Positions 9,221 to 19,422 are shown, counted from the stretch's first letter. The stretch: 64,000 nt of DNA from Melaminivora sp. (GCF_032059615.1 NZ_DAMCAM010000003.1:12749-76748), one strand, 5' to 3'. The notes: generated from the sequence alone by a model not told the origin. Program-made: numbers and translations.

Positions 9221-10096
9221 ATGCCACCCATGACCGAATCGTCCGCTTTTGGCGCCCTGCCGGGTCAGCCCGATGCCCGCCCCGCCTTGTCGCCCGGGGC
9301 GCGGCTGTGGGCGCTGATTCCCTGCGCCGGCAGCGGCACGCGGGCCCTGGCCCCCGGGGCGGGCGCGGCGGCGGCCAAGCAATACCAGCCGGTGGCTGGC
9401 CAGCCGCTGGTGCGGCACACTCTGGCGGCTTTTGCCGGCGTGGCGCGCCTGGCCGGCACGCTGGTGGCGGTGGCGCCGGGCGATGATTTCTTCGAGCGCC
9501 ACCCGCCCCTGCACCCTGGCAGCTTTGCCGTGCCCTGCGGGGGCGCGACCCGGGCCGACACGGTCCTGGGCGGCCTGTGCACGCTGGCGCAGCGCGGCGC
9601 GCAGGACGCCGACTGGGTGCTGGTGCACGACGCCGCGCGCTGCCTGGTGACGACGGCGCTGATCGACCGGCTGATCGACGTCTGCCTGCACGACAGCGTG
9701 GGCGGGCTGCTGGCGCACAAGCTGGCCGACACCCTCAAGACCGCCAGCGACGGCCCCGGCGGCGTGCGCGTGCTCGCCACCGTGGACCGCAGCGACAAGT
9801 GGCTGGCGCAGACGCCGCAGATGTTCCGCCTGGGGGCGCTGCGCCAGGCGCTGGAGCAGGCGGGCAGCAGCGCCACCGACGAGGCCAGCGCCATGGAGGC
9901 CGCGGGCCTGCGCCCGCGTCTGGTCGAGGGCGGGGCGCAGAACTTCAAGGTCACCTGGCCGGAGGACTTCGCCCTGGCCGAGGCTGTGCTGGCGCAGCGC
10001 CTGCACGGCGCCACGGTCGAGCGTTTCGGCGGCGCGCTGGGGGAGGCGGCCAGCGGTGCGGACACGGCCGTGTTCTTCGCGCGGCCGCTGCGCTGA
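9221..10096 (+). CDS. ispD: 2-C-methyl-D-erythritol 4-phosphate cytidylyltransferase
   Basis: C-terminal part of track ORF 5543..10096: ...[14 protein letters not shown]...KQYQPVAG...[10 protein letters not shown]...QTPQMF. GGAGGG sits 10 nt upstream of the ATG at 9221 (alternative ATG at 9230). About 30-aa extensions at both ends relative to typical IspD. Confidence 0.88.
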   Translation: MPPMTESSAFGALPGQPDARPALSPGARLWALIPCAGSGTRALAPGAGAAAAKQYQPVAGQPLVRHTLAAFAGVARLAGTLVAVAPGDDFFERHPPLHPGSFAVPCGGATRADTVLGGLCTLAQRGAQDADWVLVHDAARCLVTTALIDRLIDVCLHDSVGGLLAHKLADTLKTASDGPGGVRVLATVDRSDKWLAQTPQMFRLGALRQALEQAGSSATDEASAMEAAGLRPRLVEGGAQNFKVTWPEDFALAEAVLAQRLHGATVERFGGALGEAASGADTAVFFARPLR

Positions 10097-10121
10097 CCCG
10101 CACCCGAACACAAGGAAAGAC

Positions 10122-10601
10122 ATGGAACTGAGGATTGGCGAGGGCTGGGACGTGCACGCCCTGGTGCCGGGACGGCCGCTGGTGATCGGCGGCGTCGAGA
10201 TCGCGCACCGCATGGGCCTGCTGGGCCATTCGGACGCCGACGTGCTGCTGCACGCCATCACCGACGCGCTGCTGGGCGCGGCCGGGCTGGGCGACATCGG
10301 CACCCACTTTCCCGACACGGACGAGCGCTTTCGCGGCGCCGACTCCGGCGTGCTGCTGGCCGAGGCCGGGCGGCGTGTGGCGGCCGGGGGCTGGCGCGTG
10401 GCCAACCTCGACAGCACCGTCATCGCCCAGGCACCGCGGCTGGCACCGCACATCGCGGCCATGCGCGAGCGCATCGCCGCGGCCCTGGCGCTGGCACCCG
10501 GTCAGGTCAACGTCAAGGCCAAGACCGCCGAGCGCCTGGGCTCCGTGGGGCAGGGCCTGGCCATGGAGGCGCGGGCCGTGGTGCTGCTGCTGCGCGGCTG
10601 A
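10122..10601 (+). CDS. ispF: 2-C-methyl-D-erythritol 2,4-cyclodiphosphate synthase
   Basis: [27 protein letters not shown]...[28 protein letters not shown] lies immediately upstream of the ATG. Confidence 0.95.
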   Translation: MELRIGEGWDVHALVPGRPLVIGGVEIAHRMGLLGHSDADVLLHAITDALLGAAGLGDIGTHFPDTDERFRGADSGVLLAEAGRRVAAGGWRVANLDSTVIAQAPRLAPHIAAMRERIAAALALAPGQVNVKAKTAERLGSVGQGLAMEARAVVLLLRG

Positions 10602-10625
10602 GGCCGCGCCTGGTGCGCACGGCGA

Positions 10626-12128
10626 TCACTGCGAACGCGGGCTGCGCGCCGGCCGCTGCGGCAGGTGGCGCTTGATCATGGGGCGGCGCAGGCGGGGCTT
10701 GGGGTCCTTGCCGTCGGGCAGGTCGGGGGCGCGCTGCAGCTGCACATGGGCCACCAGGCCGCCGTCGGGCGCGTTGGCCAGCGTGAACGAGCCCCCCAGG
10801 CGCTGGATGGTCTTATCCACGATGGACAGGCCCAGGCCCGCGCCGGCGGCTGCCGTGCGGGCGGCGTCGCCGCGAAAGAACGGCTTGGTCAGGCTGGACA
10901 GCTGGTCGGCCGGGGCGCCCGGCCCGTGGTCGTGCAGCCTGAGCACCACCCACTGCGCGTTGCCGCGCGCGGTGATGTCCACCGTGGTGATGCCCGTCTG
11001 CGGGTCCTTGGCGTAGCGGCGCGCGTTCTCCAGCAGGTTGGAGATGACGCGCGCCAGCTCCACCTCGTCGGCCAGGGCGTTGAGGTCCTCGGGCACCTGC
11101 ATGGTGATGGCCAGCTCGCGGTGGTCCTGCACGGCATAGACGCACGAGGACACCACGGCGTGCAGGTTGACCGGCGTGAGCGCCACGGCCTCGGGGCGGG
11201 CGTAGTCGAGGAACTTGTCGATGGTGGCGTCCAGCTGCACGATGTCGGCCACCATGTGCTGGCGCGCCACGTCGTCGAGCACGCTCATCTCGGTCTCCAG
11301 GCGCAGGCGCGCCAGCGGGGTGCGCAGGTCGTGCGAGATGCCGGCCAGCATGACGGCGCGGTCCTGCTCCAGCTTGGCGAGCTTTTGCGCCATGCGGTTG
11401 AAGCCGATGTTGACCTCGCGGATCTCGTTGGTCACCACGCCCTCGTCGAGCTGGCTGGCCGCGAAGTCGCCGTCGCGCACGCGGTTGGCCGCGTACGACA
11501 GCTGCTTGAGCGGCCGGTTGATGAGCCGCGCGATCGCCGCCGCGCCGGCCAGCGACAGGGCAGCGGCCATCAGCAGCCAGATCAGCCAGGTCGCGCCGCT
11601 GGCGCTGTCCAGGCGCGAGCGGTCCATGCGCAGCCAGTTGCTGTCGCCGCTGATGGTGAAGCCGATCCACAGCCCCGGCTCGCCGTTGACGCTGCCGGCC
11701 ACGATGGTGCCCGGGCCCAGTCGTTGGGTGAGCTCCTGCGTCAGGCGCGCGCCCAGTGCCGAGGGTGCCAGCGGCTCGAACCGGTCGGCCGGCTCGCGCG
11801 GCAGGATGCGCACCCCTTCCTGGTCGGCCATGGTCTTCAGGAGCGACACGCGCGCGATGGCGTCGGCATGCACCAGTGCCGCGCGGCTCAGGTTGACCAG
11901 CGAGGCGATCTGCTGCGCCGACTGCAGCGTGCGCGGCTCGAACTCCAGCGTGCGCAGGGTCTGCAGCCACGCCAGGATGCTGCCCAGCAGCAGCAGCGAC
12001 AGCAGGAAGAAGGTGCGCCAGAAAAGATTGAGGCCGACCCGCGCGCGAGGCGCCCGGTGTCGGGCCCGGGCGCCGGCGGAGCGCGGGGAGCTGCTCGCGC
12101 TGCGCGGGTCTGGGGGAAGGTCACTCAT
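10626..12128 (-). CDS. envZ: Two-component sensor histidine kinase, EnvZ-like
   Basis: Two TM segments, HAMP, H-box GISHDLRTPLARLRL, and N/G boxes (ENARRYA, DHGPGAP, GAGLGLSIV). Lies downstream of ompR. The start lacks a clear SD. Confidence 0.85.
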   Translation of the reverse strand: MSDLPPDPRSASSSPRSAGARARHRAPRARVGLNLFWRTFFLLSLLLLGSILAWLQTLRTLEFEPRTLQSAQQIASLVNLSRAALVHADAIARVSLLKTMADQEGVRILPREPADRFEPLAPSALGARLTQELTQRLGPGTIVAGSVNGEPGLWIGFTISGDSNWLRMDRSRLDSASGATWLIWLLMAAALSLAGAAAIARLINRPLKQLSYAANRVRDGDFAASQLDEGVVTNEIREVNIGFNRMAQKLAKLEQDRAVMLAGISHDLRTPLARLRLETEMSVLDDVARQHMVADIVQLDATIDKFLDYARPEAVALTPVNLHAVVSSCVYAVQDHRELAITMQVPEDLNALADEVELARVISNLLENARRYAKDPQTGITTVDITARGNAQWVVLRLHDHGPGAPADQLSSLTKPFFRGDAARTAAAGAGLGLSIVDKTIQRLGGSFTLANAPDGGLVAHVQLQRAPDLPDGKDPKPRLRRPMIKRHLPQRPARSPRSQ

Positions 12129-12255
12129 GAACGTCGGATCGCAGGCGCCGCGCGGCGCATCGCGGCAAAGGCCCGAGGGGAGGGCGGCAGGCCCCAGGCA
12201 CGCCGGCCTTCGGCGTGCTGGAGGCGTATCCGGGGCGGGACACGCTTGAGGAACC

Positions 12256-12987
12256 TCAGTTCGCTCCGTCCGGCACGAACACGTAGCCTACACCCCAGAC
12301 GGTCTGGATGTAGCGCGGCTGGGCGGCGTCCACCTCCACCAGCTTGCGCAGGCGCGAGATCTGCACGTCCAGGCTGCGGTCGAAGGGCTCGAACTCGCGC
12401 CCGCGCGCCAGCAGAGCGAGCTTTTCGCGCGACAGCGGCTGGCGCGGGTGGCGCACCAGGGCCTTGAGCATGGCGAATTCGCCGGTGGTCAGCGGCAGCT
12501 CCTCGCCGTTCCTTTGCAGCGCACGGGTGCCCAGGTCGAAGGTGAAGGGGCCGAAGGTGACCACCTCGTTGTCGCCCGAGGGTGCGCCCGGTGCCTCTTG
12601 CGGCGGGCGGCGGCGCAGCACGGCGTGGATGCGCGCCAGCAGCTCGCGCGGGTTGAAGGGCTTGCCCAGATAGTCGTCCGCGCCGACCTCCAGGCCGACG
12701 ATGCGGTCCACGTCCTCGCCCTTGGCGGTGAGCATGATGATGGGTGTGCGGTCGTTGGCGGCGCGCAGGCGCCGGCAGATGGACAGGCCGTCCTCGCCGG
12801 GCATCATCAGGTCGAGCACGATGAGGTCCACGGTCTCGCGCAGCAGGATGCGGTTGAGCGCCTTGCCATCTTCCGCAACCATGACTTCGAAGCCTTCCTG
12901 CGTGAGATAGCGGCGCAGCAGGTCTCGGATGCGCGCGTCGTCGTCCACCACGAGTACCTTGTCCGTCCGGTTGGTTGTGGAAGCCAT
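12256..12987 (-). CDS. ompR: Two-component response regulator, OmpR
   Basis: MASTTNRTDKVLVVDDDARIRDLL...LDLMMPGEDG...YIQTVWGVGYVFVP. GGAGAAGAAAG lies upstream of the ATG at 12987. Confidence 0.92.
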   Translation of the reverse strand: MASTTNRTDKVLVVDDDARIRDLLRRYLTQEGFEVMVAEDGKALNRILLRETVDLIVLDLMMPGEDGLSICRRLRAANDRTPIIMLTAKGEDVDRIVGLEVGADDYLGKPFNPRELLARIHAVLRRRPPQEAPGAPSGDNEVVTFGPFTFDLGTRALQRNGEELPLTTGEFAMLKALVRHPRQPLSREKLALLARGREFEPFDRSLDVQISRLRKLVEVDAAQPRYIQTVWGVGYVFVPDGAN

Positions 12988-13008
12988 ACTTTCTTCTCCA
13001 GGCCGAAA

Positions 13009-13132
13009 TTTGTAACAGAGGGGGATTCTGACCAGCTTGGCCCCGGAAAACCGCGGCCGCCGCAACGGTCTGACCAACTGTTACAAGTTTTTCGGCGGTG
13101 TGCAATGACATTACCGGCGATTCATGTTTCAG
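13009..13132. promoter_or_regulatory. Cluster of AC-centred half-sites (TTGTAACAG / CTGTTACAA inverted pair, plus ATGTTTCAG) in the ompR / SIMPL-gene divergent region; candidate OmpR boxes
   Basis: TTGTAACAG at 13010-13018 and its exact reverse complement CTGTTACAA at 13078-13086. GTTTCA (the complement of TGAAAC) lies at about 13125-13130. These resemble the GTTACA/GAAACA half-sites of E. coli OmpR boxes. Confidence 0.35.
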
Positions 13133-13210
13133 CTGCCACGGGCCGGTTAGTTTCTCTGTCGGAGAACAGCGCAAACGGCTGTGCCACGGCTTCCAACGGA
13201 AAGGAAATTC

Positions 13211-13924
13211 ATGCGAAACACTATTAAAATCATAGCTGCAGGTGCCCTCATGGCAACGGCTATCGGCGCTTTTGCCCAAAATTCCGGGCCTGAGACACCG
13301 CACAACGTGCTGCAGCTGTCGGCCACGGGCCAGGTGGAGGTGCAGCAGGACCTGCTGGTCATGACCCTGGCCACCACGCGCGAGGGCGCGGACGCCGCCT
13401 CGGTGCAGGCCGAGCTGCGCCAGGCTCTTGACAGCGCGCTGCCCGAGGCCCGGCGCAATGCCGAGCCCGGCCGCATGGACGTGAGCACGGGCGCCTTCAG
13501 CATCCAGCCGCGCTACGCCAAGGAGGGCCGGATCAGCGGCTGGCAGGGCCGCGCCGAGCTGATCCTGCAGGGCCGCGACTTCGCGCGCATCAGCGCCGCG
13601 GCAGGGCGCATCCAGGCGCTGACGGTCTCACGCGTGGCATTCGATCTGTCGCGCGAGGCGCGCACGCGGGTCGAGGCCGAAGCCCAGGCGCAGGCGGTGG
13701 AGGCCTTCAAGGCACGGGCAACGCAGCTCGCGCGCGGGTTCGGCTTTGGCGGCTACGCCCTGCGCGAGGTCAGCGTCAACAGCCACGAGGCAGGCCCCGG
13801 CCCGCGGCCGCGCATGATGGCCATGGCCGCGCGCGCCGACAACCTCGAGGCCGAGCCGGTGCCGGTGGAGGCGGGCAAGACCCAGGTGGTGGTGACCATC
13901 TCGGGTTCGGTGCAGCTGCGCTGA
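13211..13924 (+). CDS. SIMPL-domain (DUF541/YggE-like) periplasmic protein
   Basis: MRNTIKIIAAGALMATAIGAFAQ is a signal peptide. The rest resembles the YggE/SIMPL family (...LSATGQVEVQQDLLVMTLA...VEAGKTQVVVTISGSVQL). AAGGAAA lies upstream of the ATG at 13211. Confidence 0.8.
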   Translation: MRNTIKIIAAGALMATAIGAFAQNSGPETPHNVLQLSATGQVEVQQDLLVMTLATTREGADAASVQAELRQALDSALPEARRNAEPGRMDVSTGAFSIQPRYAKEGRISGWQGRAELILQGRDFARISAAAGRIQALTVSRVAFDLSREARTRVEAEAQAQAVEAFKARATQLARGFGFGGYALREVSVNSHEAGPGPRPRMMAMAARADNLEAEPVPVEAGKTQVVVTISGSVQLR

Positions 13925-13942
13925 ACGGCCAGGGTTTTTGGT

Positions 13943-13993
13943 GTTTTGGCCCTCCAGCCCTGGCTGGTGCTGGAGGTTATGCTATCAAAAAAA
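13943..13993 (-). repeat. Structured ~50-bp repeat element, copy b (diverged)
   Basis: Minus strand reads TTTTTTTGATAGC-ATAAC-CTCCAGC-ACCAG-CCAGGGC-TGGAGGG-CCAAAAC, in the same register as the other copies. Lies between the convergent SIMPL gene and bdhA. Confidence 0.5.
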
Positions 13994-14005
13994 TTTATCG
14001 CGAAG

Positions 14006-14788
14006 TTATTGCGCGACCCAGCCGCCGTCCATGTTCCAGGCCACGCCGCGCACGTTGTTGCCGGCGGGCGAGCAGAAGAACACCGCCAGCTCGCCCAGCT
14101 CCTCGGGCGTGGTGAACTGCATGGAGGGCTCCTTCTCGCCCAGCAGCAGGCGACGGGCTTCTTCATCGGACACGCCGTGCTGCTCGGCCCGGGCGTCCAC
14201 CTGCTTCTGCACCAGGGGCGTGAGCACCCAGCCCGGGCAGATGGCGTTGCAGGTCACGCCGGTGGTGGCGGTCTCCAGCGCCGTGACCTTGGTCAGGCCC
14301 ACGATGCCGTGCTTGGCCGCCACGTAGGCCGACTTCTGCGCTGACGCCACCAGGCCATGCACCGAGGCTACGTTGATGACGCGGCCCCAGTTCGCCTCCA
14401 GCATGGCCGGCAGCGCCAGGCGCGTGGTGTGGAAGGCGCTGGTCAGGTTGATGGCCAGGATGGCATCCCACTTCTCGGGCGGGAAGTCCTGCACCGGCGC
14501 CACGTGCTGGATGCCGGCGTTGTTGACCAGGATGTCCACGCGGCCGAACTCCGCCGCCGCGTGCGCCATCAGGGCCTCGATCTCGGCCGGGCGGCTCATG
14601 TCGGCGCCGTGGTGGCTCACGCGCACGCCGGCATGCCGGCCTGCGGCCAGCACCTCGGCGCGCGGGCTGTCCACGTCGCCGAAGCCGTTGAGCACGATAT
14701 GGGCGCCCTGGCGCGCCAGGGCCTTGGCGATGCCAAGGCCGATGCCGCTGGTGGAGCCGGTGACGAGGGCGGTCTTGCCGTTGAGCAT
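14006..14788 (-). CDS. bdhA: 3-hydroxybutyrate dehydrogenase (SDR family)
   Basis: MLNGKTALVTGSTSGIGLGIAKAL...NNAGIQHVAPV...SAYVAAKHG...WNMDGGWVAQ. GGAGA lies upstream of the ATG at 14788. Confidence 0.9.
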   Translation of the reverse strand: MLNGKTALVTGSTSGIGLGIAKALARQGAHIVLNGFGDVDSPRAEVLAAGRHAGVRVSHHGADMSRPAEIEALMAHAAAEFGRVDILVNNAGIQHVAPVQDFPPEKWDAILAINLTSAFHTTRLALPAMLEANWGRVINVASVHGLVASAQKSAYVAAKHGIVGLTKVTALETATTGVTCNAICPGWVLTPLVQKQVDARAEQHGVSDEEARRLLLGEKEPSMQFTTPEELGELAVFFCSPAGNNVRGVAWNMDGGWVAQ

Positions 14789-14802
14789 GAGGGGGTCTCC
14801 GA

Positions 14803-15798
14803 ATGAATTACGATGCAACGCAGACATTATCCGAGGCCGCCGGCCCGGCCGATTCCATGATTGAACCTACGCTGAACTACGTACCGTGCCCCGGGGTGCC
14901 CGCTGCCGGCGGCGCGCAGCAGGGGGCGTCCGGCCACCGCATGGCCTACTGGGAATGGGGGCCGGGCGATGCCGCAGCGCGCGGCCACGTCGTCGTCTGC
15001 GTGCACGGCCTGTCGCGCCAGGGGCGCGACTTCGACGTGCTGGCGCGTGCACTGGCGCCACACGCGCGCGTGGTCTGCCCCGACGTGGCCGGCCGCGGCC
15101 ACAGCGACTGGCTGGCCAACCCGGCGCTCTACCAGGTCCCCGTCTATGCCGCCGACATGCTGGCCCTGCTGGCGCAGCTGCACGGCGAGGAGCCGATCCG
15201 GCGGCTCGACTGGGTCGGCACCAGCATGGGCGGGCTGATCGGCATGGCCGTGGCCGGGCAGGACCTGCTGGCGCTGCCCGCGCCCGTGCGGCGCATGGTG
15301 CTCAACGACGTGGGCCCGGCCCTGGAGTGGCAGGCGCTCGAGCGTATCGGCCGCTACGTGGGCCAGCCCCTGCGCTTCGACAGCGTGGAGCAGGGCGCGC
15401 GGGCGTTGTGGGAGATCTCGTCGAGCTTCGGCCCGCACAGCGAGCAGGAATGGCTGGCGCTGTCGCGCCCGATGCTGCGGCCAGCCCCCGGCGGCGGCTT
15501 CATGCTGCACTACGACCCGGCCATCGCCCAGCCGCTGCGCGGGCTGACGCGCGAGCAGGCCGAGGCGGGCGCGGCCCAGCTGTGGCAGCTCTACGACCAG
15601 ATCGGCGCCGAGGTGCTGCTGCTGCGCGGACAGGACTCGGACCTGCTGTCGCGCGAGACGGCGCGGCAGATGGGCGAGCGCGGCCCGCGTGCGCGCCTGG
15701 TCGAGTTCGCCGGCGTGGGCCACGCGCCCACGCTGGTGGATGGTGCGCAGGTCGCGGCGGTCACGGACTTTCTCCTCGGCGACGCCGCCCGTCCATGA
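14803..15798 (+). CDS. Alpha/beta-fold hydrolase
   Basis: HVVVCVHGLSRQGRDFD and the nucleophile elbow GTSMGG. The stop overlaps the relA start (ATGA). The start may instead be the ATG at 14857. Confidence 0.8.
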   Translation: MNYDATQTLSEAAGPADSMIEPTLNYVPCPGVPAAGGAQQGASGHRMAYWEWGPGDAAARGHVVVCVHGLSRQGRDFDVLARALAPHARVVCPDVAGRGHSDWLANPALYQVPVYAADMLALLAQLHGEEPIRRLDWVGTSMGGLIGMAVAGQDLLALPAPVRRMVLNDVGPALEWQALERIGRYVGQPLRFDSVEQGARALWEISSSFGPHSEQEWLALSRPMLRPAPGGGFMLHYDPAIAQPLRGLTREQAEAGAAQLWQLYDQIGAEVLLLRGQDSDLLSRETARQMGERGPRARLVEFAGVGHAPTLVDGAQVAAVTDFLLGDAARP

Positions 15799-18029
15799 AG
15801 AGCAACACGCCCGCCGCCCTGCCGGCGCAGTCCGCGGCTGTGCGGCCCGAGGGCGTGCCCCAGGTGCTGGCCGCCACGGCCCAGGTGCCGCCCGGGCAGG
15901 TCGGGGCGCTGGAGCGCGCGCGGGTCTTCGCCGAACCCCTGCTGGCCGGCGAGACCATGGAGACGGGCGAGAACGCGCTGGTCCACGCCCATGGCGTGTG
16001 CGCCATCCTGCGCCACCTGGGTGGCTCGGAGATCATGCAGGCGGCCGCCTACCTGGTGCTGGCCTGCTCGCACCTGAACCGGCCCCAGGAGGTGATCGCC
16101 AAGGCCTTTGGCGACAGCCTGGCGGCGCTGGCGATGGAGACCACCAAGCTCATGCTGGTGCAGCGCCAGGCGCGCGACGCGCAGGTCGCCGGCCATCCCA
16201 CGGACGACGCGGCGACGCAGACCGAGAACGTGCGCAAGATGCTGCTGGCCTTCTCGCGCGACCTGCGCGTGGTCATGCTGCGCCTGGCGTCGCGCCTGCA
16301 AACGTTGCGCTACTACGCCGCGAGCAAGCGGCCCGTCTCGCCGGCGCTGGCGCGCGAGGCGCTGCAGGTCTTCGCGCCGCTGGCCAACCGCCTGGGCATC
16401 TGGCAGATCAAGTGGGAGCTGGAAGACCTGGCGTTCCGCTTCCTCGAGCCCGAGACCTACCGCGAGATCGCTCGGCTGCTCGACGAGAAGCGCACCGAGC
16501 GCGAGCACTACATGCAGCAGCTGCGCAGCCGGCTCGAATCCGCACTGCGCGCGCACAGCATCAGCGCCACGGTGTCGGGCCGGCCCAAGCACATCTACAG
16601 CATCGTCAAGAAGATGCGCGGCAAGTCGCTGCCTTTCGACCAGGTCTTCGATATCCGCGCGCTGCGCGTCATCGTGCCCAGCGTCAAGGACTGCTATGCG
16701 GCGCTCAGCTGGGTGCACAGCCAGTTCGAGCCCATCCAGGCCGAGTTCGACGACTACATCGCCCGGCCCAAGCCCAACGGCTACCAGTCGCTGCACACCG
16801 TGGTGCGCGACGAGGCCGGGCGTGCCATCGAGATCCAGATCCGCACCCAGGCCATGCACGACCACGCCGAAAGCGGCGTGGCGGCGCACTGGGCCTACAA
16901 GGAGGCGGGCGCCAAGGGCTACGCCGGCGTGTCCGCCAGCAGCGAGTACGACGCAAAGATAGCCGTGCTGCGCCAGCTGCTGGAGTGGGAGCGCGACCTG
17001 TCGGGCGCCGCCGGCCGGGGCCTGTTTGAAGACCGCATCTACGTGCTGACGCCGGGCGCGGCCGTGGTCGAGCTGCCCCAGGGCGCGACGCCGCTGGATT
17101 TCGCCTATGCCGTGCACACCAATGTCGGCCACCGCTGCCGGGGCGCGCGGGTCGACGGGGTGATGGTGCCGCTCAACACGCCGCTGCACAACGGCCAGAC
17201 GGTGGAGATCAGCACCGTCAAGGAGGGCCGGCCCTCGCGCGACTGGCTCAACCCCGAGCTGGGCTACCTGAACAGCAGCCGCGCCCGCGCCAAGGTGCGC
17301 GCCTGGTTCAACGCCCAGGCCACGCACGCCACCGTGGCCCGCGGCCGCGAGGCGGTGGAAAAGCTGCTGCAGCGCGAGGGTAAGACCGCCGTCAAGCTCG
17401 ACGAGCTGGCGGCGCAGCTGGGCTTCAAGACGGCCGACGCCCTGTTCGAGGTGGTGGGCAAGGACGAGTTTTCCCTGCGCTCCATCGAGACGCTGCTGCG
17501 CCCGCCCGCCGAGGCTGCGCCGGCCGAGCCCGAGCTGGCCCTTAAGAAGCCGCGCGCCGCCGAGGGCGGACACAAGGGCGCGGTGCTGGTGGTGGGCATC
17601 GACTCGCTCATGACGCAGCTGGCCAAGTGCTGCCGCCCTGCGCCGCCCGACCCCATCAGCGGCTTCGTCACGCGCGGCAAGGGCGTGAGCGTGCACCGCA
17701 GCGATTGCCGCAACTTCCGCGAAATGATGGCCAGGAACGCCGAGCGCGTGATCGAAGTGCAGTGGGGCGAGGCCGCGGTGCGTCCGGGCAAGGCCGCCGT
17801 CTATCCGGTGGACGTGGCCGTGGAGGCCACCGACCGCCAGGGCCTGCTGCGCGACATCTCCGACGTCTTCGCGCGCGAGAAGACCAACGTCGTCGGCGTG
17901 CAGACGCAGTCCGTGCGCGGCACGGCCTGGATGACCTTCACCGTGGAGATCGCCGACGCCGGGCGCCTGAACAAGGTGCTGGCCATCGTCGCCGGCGTGC
18001 CCGGCGTGCGCTCGGCGCGCCGGCGCTGA
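15795..18029 (+). CDS. relA: GTP pyrophosphokinase (RelA/SpoT homologue, RelA-type)
   Basis: C-terminal 744 aa of track ORF 14886..18029: ...[15 protein letters not shown]...[10 protein letters not shown]...[13 protein letters not shown], plus TGS and ACT regions. The ATG at 15795 overlaps the upstream stop. Confidence 0.9.
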   Translation: MKSNTPAALPAQSAAVRPEGVPQVLAATAQVPPGQVGALERARVFAEPLLAGETMETGENALVHAHGVCAILRHLGGSEIMQAAAYLVLACSHLNRPQEVIAKAFGDSLAALAMETTKLMLVQRQARDAQVAGHPTDDAATQTENVRKMLLAFSRDLRVVMLRLASRLQTLRYYAASKRPVSPALAREALQVFAPLANRLGIWQIKWELEDLAFRFLEPETYREIARLLDEKRTEREHYMQQLRSRLESALRAHSISATVSGRPKHIYSIVKKMRGKSLPFDQVFDIRALRVIVPSVKDCYAALSWVHSQFEPIQAEFDDYIARPKPNGYQSLHTVVRDEAGRAIEIQIRTQAMHDHAESGVAAHWAYKEAGAKGYAGVSASSEYDAKIAVLRQLLEWERDLSGAAGRGLFEDRIYVLTPGAAVVELPQGATPLDFAYAVHTNVGHRCRGARVDGVMVPLNTPLHNGQTVEISTVKEGRPSRDWLNPELGYLNSSRARAKVRAWFNAQATHATVARGREAVEKLLQREGKTAVKLDELAAQLGFKTADALFEVVGKDEFSLRSIETLLRPPAEAAPAEPELALKKPRAAEGGHKGAVLVVGIDSLMTQLAKCCRPAPPDPISGFVTRGKGVSVHRSDCRNFREMMARNAERVIEVQWGEAAVRPGKAAVYPVDVAVEATDRQGLLRDISDVFAREKTNVVGVQTQSVRGTAWMTFTVEIADAGRLNKVLAIVAGVPGVRSARRR

Positions 18030-18237
18030 CGACGCTCCGCCGGGGCGCGCGCTGCAACAAAAACGTGGCCCGCGCGCCCGTGCAGCGCAAGCCCTCGCGC
18101 TACAATGCAGGGCTTTCCCGCCAAATTGTCGCCCGGCCGCAACAAAGCATTTCCCCCCTGAGCAGCAGCCCGCAGGACGCTTCACCGAGCGCCCTCCTGC
18201 AGGCTACCGGGCGACCCGCATTTTTTCGGAGAACCCA

Positions 18238-19422
18238 GTGCTCTTGTCTCTCAAGGGATCCTTCCCGCCCGCCATCCTGGCGCTGGCAGACGGCACAGTC
18301 CTTATCGGCCAGTCCATCGGTGCCAGCGGCACCACGGTGGGCGAGGTGGTCTTCAACACCTCGCTGACCGGCTACCAGGAAATCCTCACCGACCCCAGCT
18401 ATTGCCAGCAGATCGTGACGCTCACGTATCCGCACATCGGCAACTATGGCGTCAACGACGAGGACGTAGAGGCCGACAGGGTCCATGCCGCCGGCCTCGT
18501 CATCCGCGACCTGCCGCTCACCACGAGCAACTTCCGCAGCACCCAGGACCTGTCGGCCTATCTGAAGGCCCAGGGCTGCGTGGCCATCGCCGACGTGGAC
18601 ACGCGCCGCCTCACGCGCCTGCTGCAGGGCGGAGGCGCGCAGAACGGCGCCATCGTCGCCCTGGCCGAGGGCGAAGAGGTGACGCAGCAGCGCATCGACG
18701 AGGCCCTGGCGGCCGCGCGTGGCGCGCCCGCCATGCAGGGCCTGGACCTGGCACGCGTCGTCAGCACGCGCGCGCCCTACACCTGGGACGAGACCGAGTG
18801 GGAACTGGGCCGGGGCTTCGGCAGGCTCGATGCGCCGCAGTTCCACGTCGTGGCCTATGACTTCGGCGTCAAGCGCAACATCCTGCGCATGCTGGCCAGC
18901 CGCGGCTGCAAGCTCACCGTGGTGCCGGCCGACACGCCCGCCGCCGAGGTGCTGGCCATGAAGCCGGACGGGGTCTTCCTGTCCAACGGCCCGGGCGACC
19001 CGGCCGCCTGCGACTACGCCATTGCCGCGGTGCGCGAGATCGTGGACGCGGGCGTGCCCACCTTCGGCATCTGCCTGGGCCACCAGATCATGGCGCTGGC
19101 CGCCGGCGCCAGCACCTTCAAGATGGACAACAGCCACCACGGCTGTAACCACCCGGTCAAGGGCGTGGACAGCGGGCGCGTCAGCATCACCAGCCAGAAC
19201 CACGGCTTCGCGGTGGACCTGGGCACCATGCCGGACCACCTGCGCGCCACGCACCTGAGCCTGTTCGACGGCACGCTGCAGGGCCTGGAGTTCACCGACA
19301 AGCCGGCGTTCTCCTTCCAGGGCCACCCCGAGGCCTCGTCCGGCCCGCACGACATCGCCCACCTGTTCGACCGCTTCACCGAGCTGATGCACGCCGCCCA
19401 GGCGCAGAAAGCCGCCGCCTGA
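18238..19422 (+). CDS. carA: Carbamoyl-phosphate synthase small (glutaminase) subunit
   Basis: 394 aa with [13 protein letters not shown]...[12 protein letters not shown]...GICLGHQ. GTG start with GGAGAA 6 nt upstream. Confidence 0.95.
   Translation: MLLSLKGSFPPAILALADGTVLIGQSIGASGTTVGEVVFNTSLTGYQEILTDPSYCQQIVTLTYPHIGNYGVNDEDVEADRVHAAGLVIRDLPLTTSNFRSTQDLSAYLKAQGCVAIADVDTRRLTRLLQGGGAQNGAIVALAEGEEVTQQRIDEALAAARGAPAMQGLDLARVVSTRAPYTWDETEWELGRGFGRLDAPQFHVVAYDFGVKRNILRMLASRGCKLTVVPADTPAAEVLAMKPDGVFLSNGPGDPAACDYAIAAVREIVDAGVPTFGICLGHQIMALAAGASTFKMDNSHHGCNHPVKGVDSGRVSITSQNHGFAVDLGTMPDHLRATHLSLFDGTLQGLEFTDKPAFSFQGHPEASSGPHDIAHLFDRFTELMHAAQAQKAAA

Noticed and set aside
5543-10096. 1517-aa plus-strand ORF antisense to mfd
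   Set aside because: Only its last ~291 aa (ispD) look like a real protein. The rest is R/A/G/H/Q/V/L-rich with no motifs, and it exists because stop codons are rare antisense to a GC3-rich gene.
5669-10474. 1601-aa minus-strand ORF suggested by the track for mfd
   Set aside because: The N-terminal ~440 aa are antisense to ispD/ispF and look like junk. The Mfd-like sequence starts at MDLPKLSPGK (ATG at 9142), giving a normal protein of about 1157 aa.
14886-15794. N-terminal 303-aa extension of the relA ORF in the track
   Set aside because: It overlaps the alpha/beta hydrolase in another frame and is proline/arginine-rich junk. The RelA-like sequence begins at the ATG at 15795, which overlaps the hydrolase stop.
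15591-18185. 864-aa minus-strand ORF antisense to relA
   Set aside because: Shadow ORF with low-complexity R/A/G/H composition and no recognisable domains. The opposite strand encodes a clear RelA.
18205-18237. Possible pyrimidine attenuator (CGGG-cga-CCCG followed by CATTTTTTC) just upstream of the carA SD
   Set aside because: The stem is only 4 bp and I see no leader peptide. It is too weak to call, although it could be tested with Term-seq with and without uracil.
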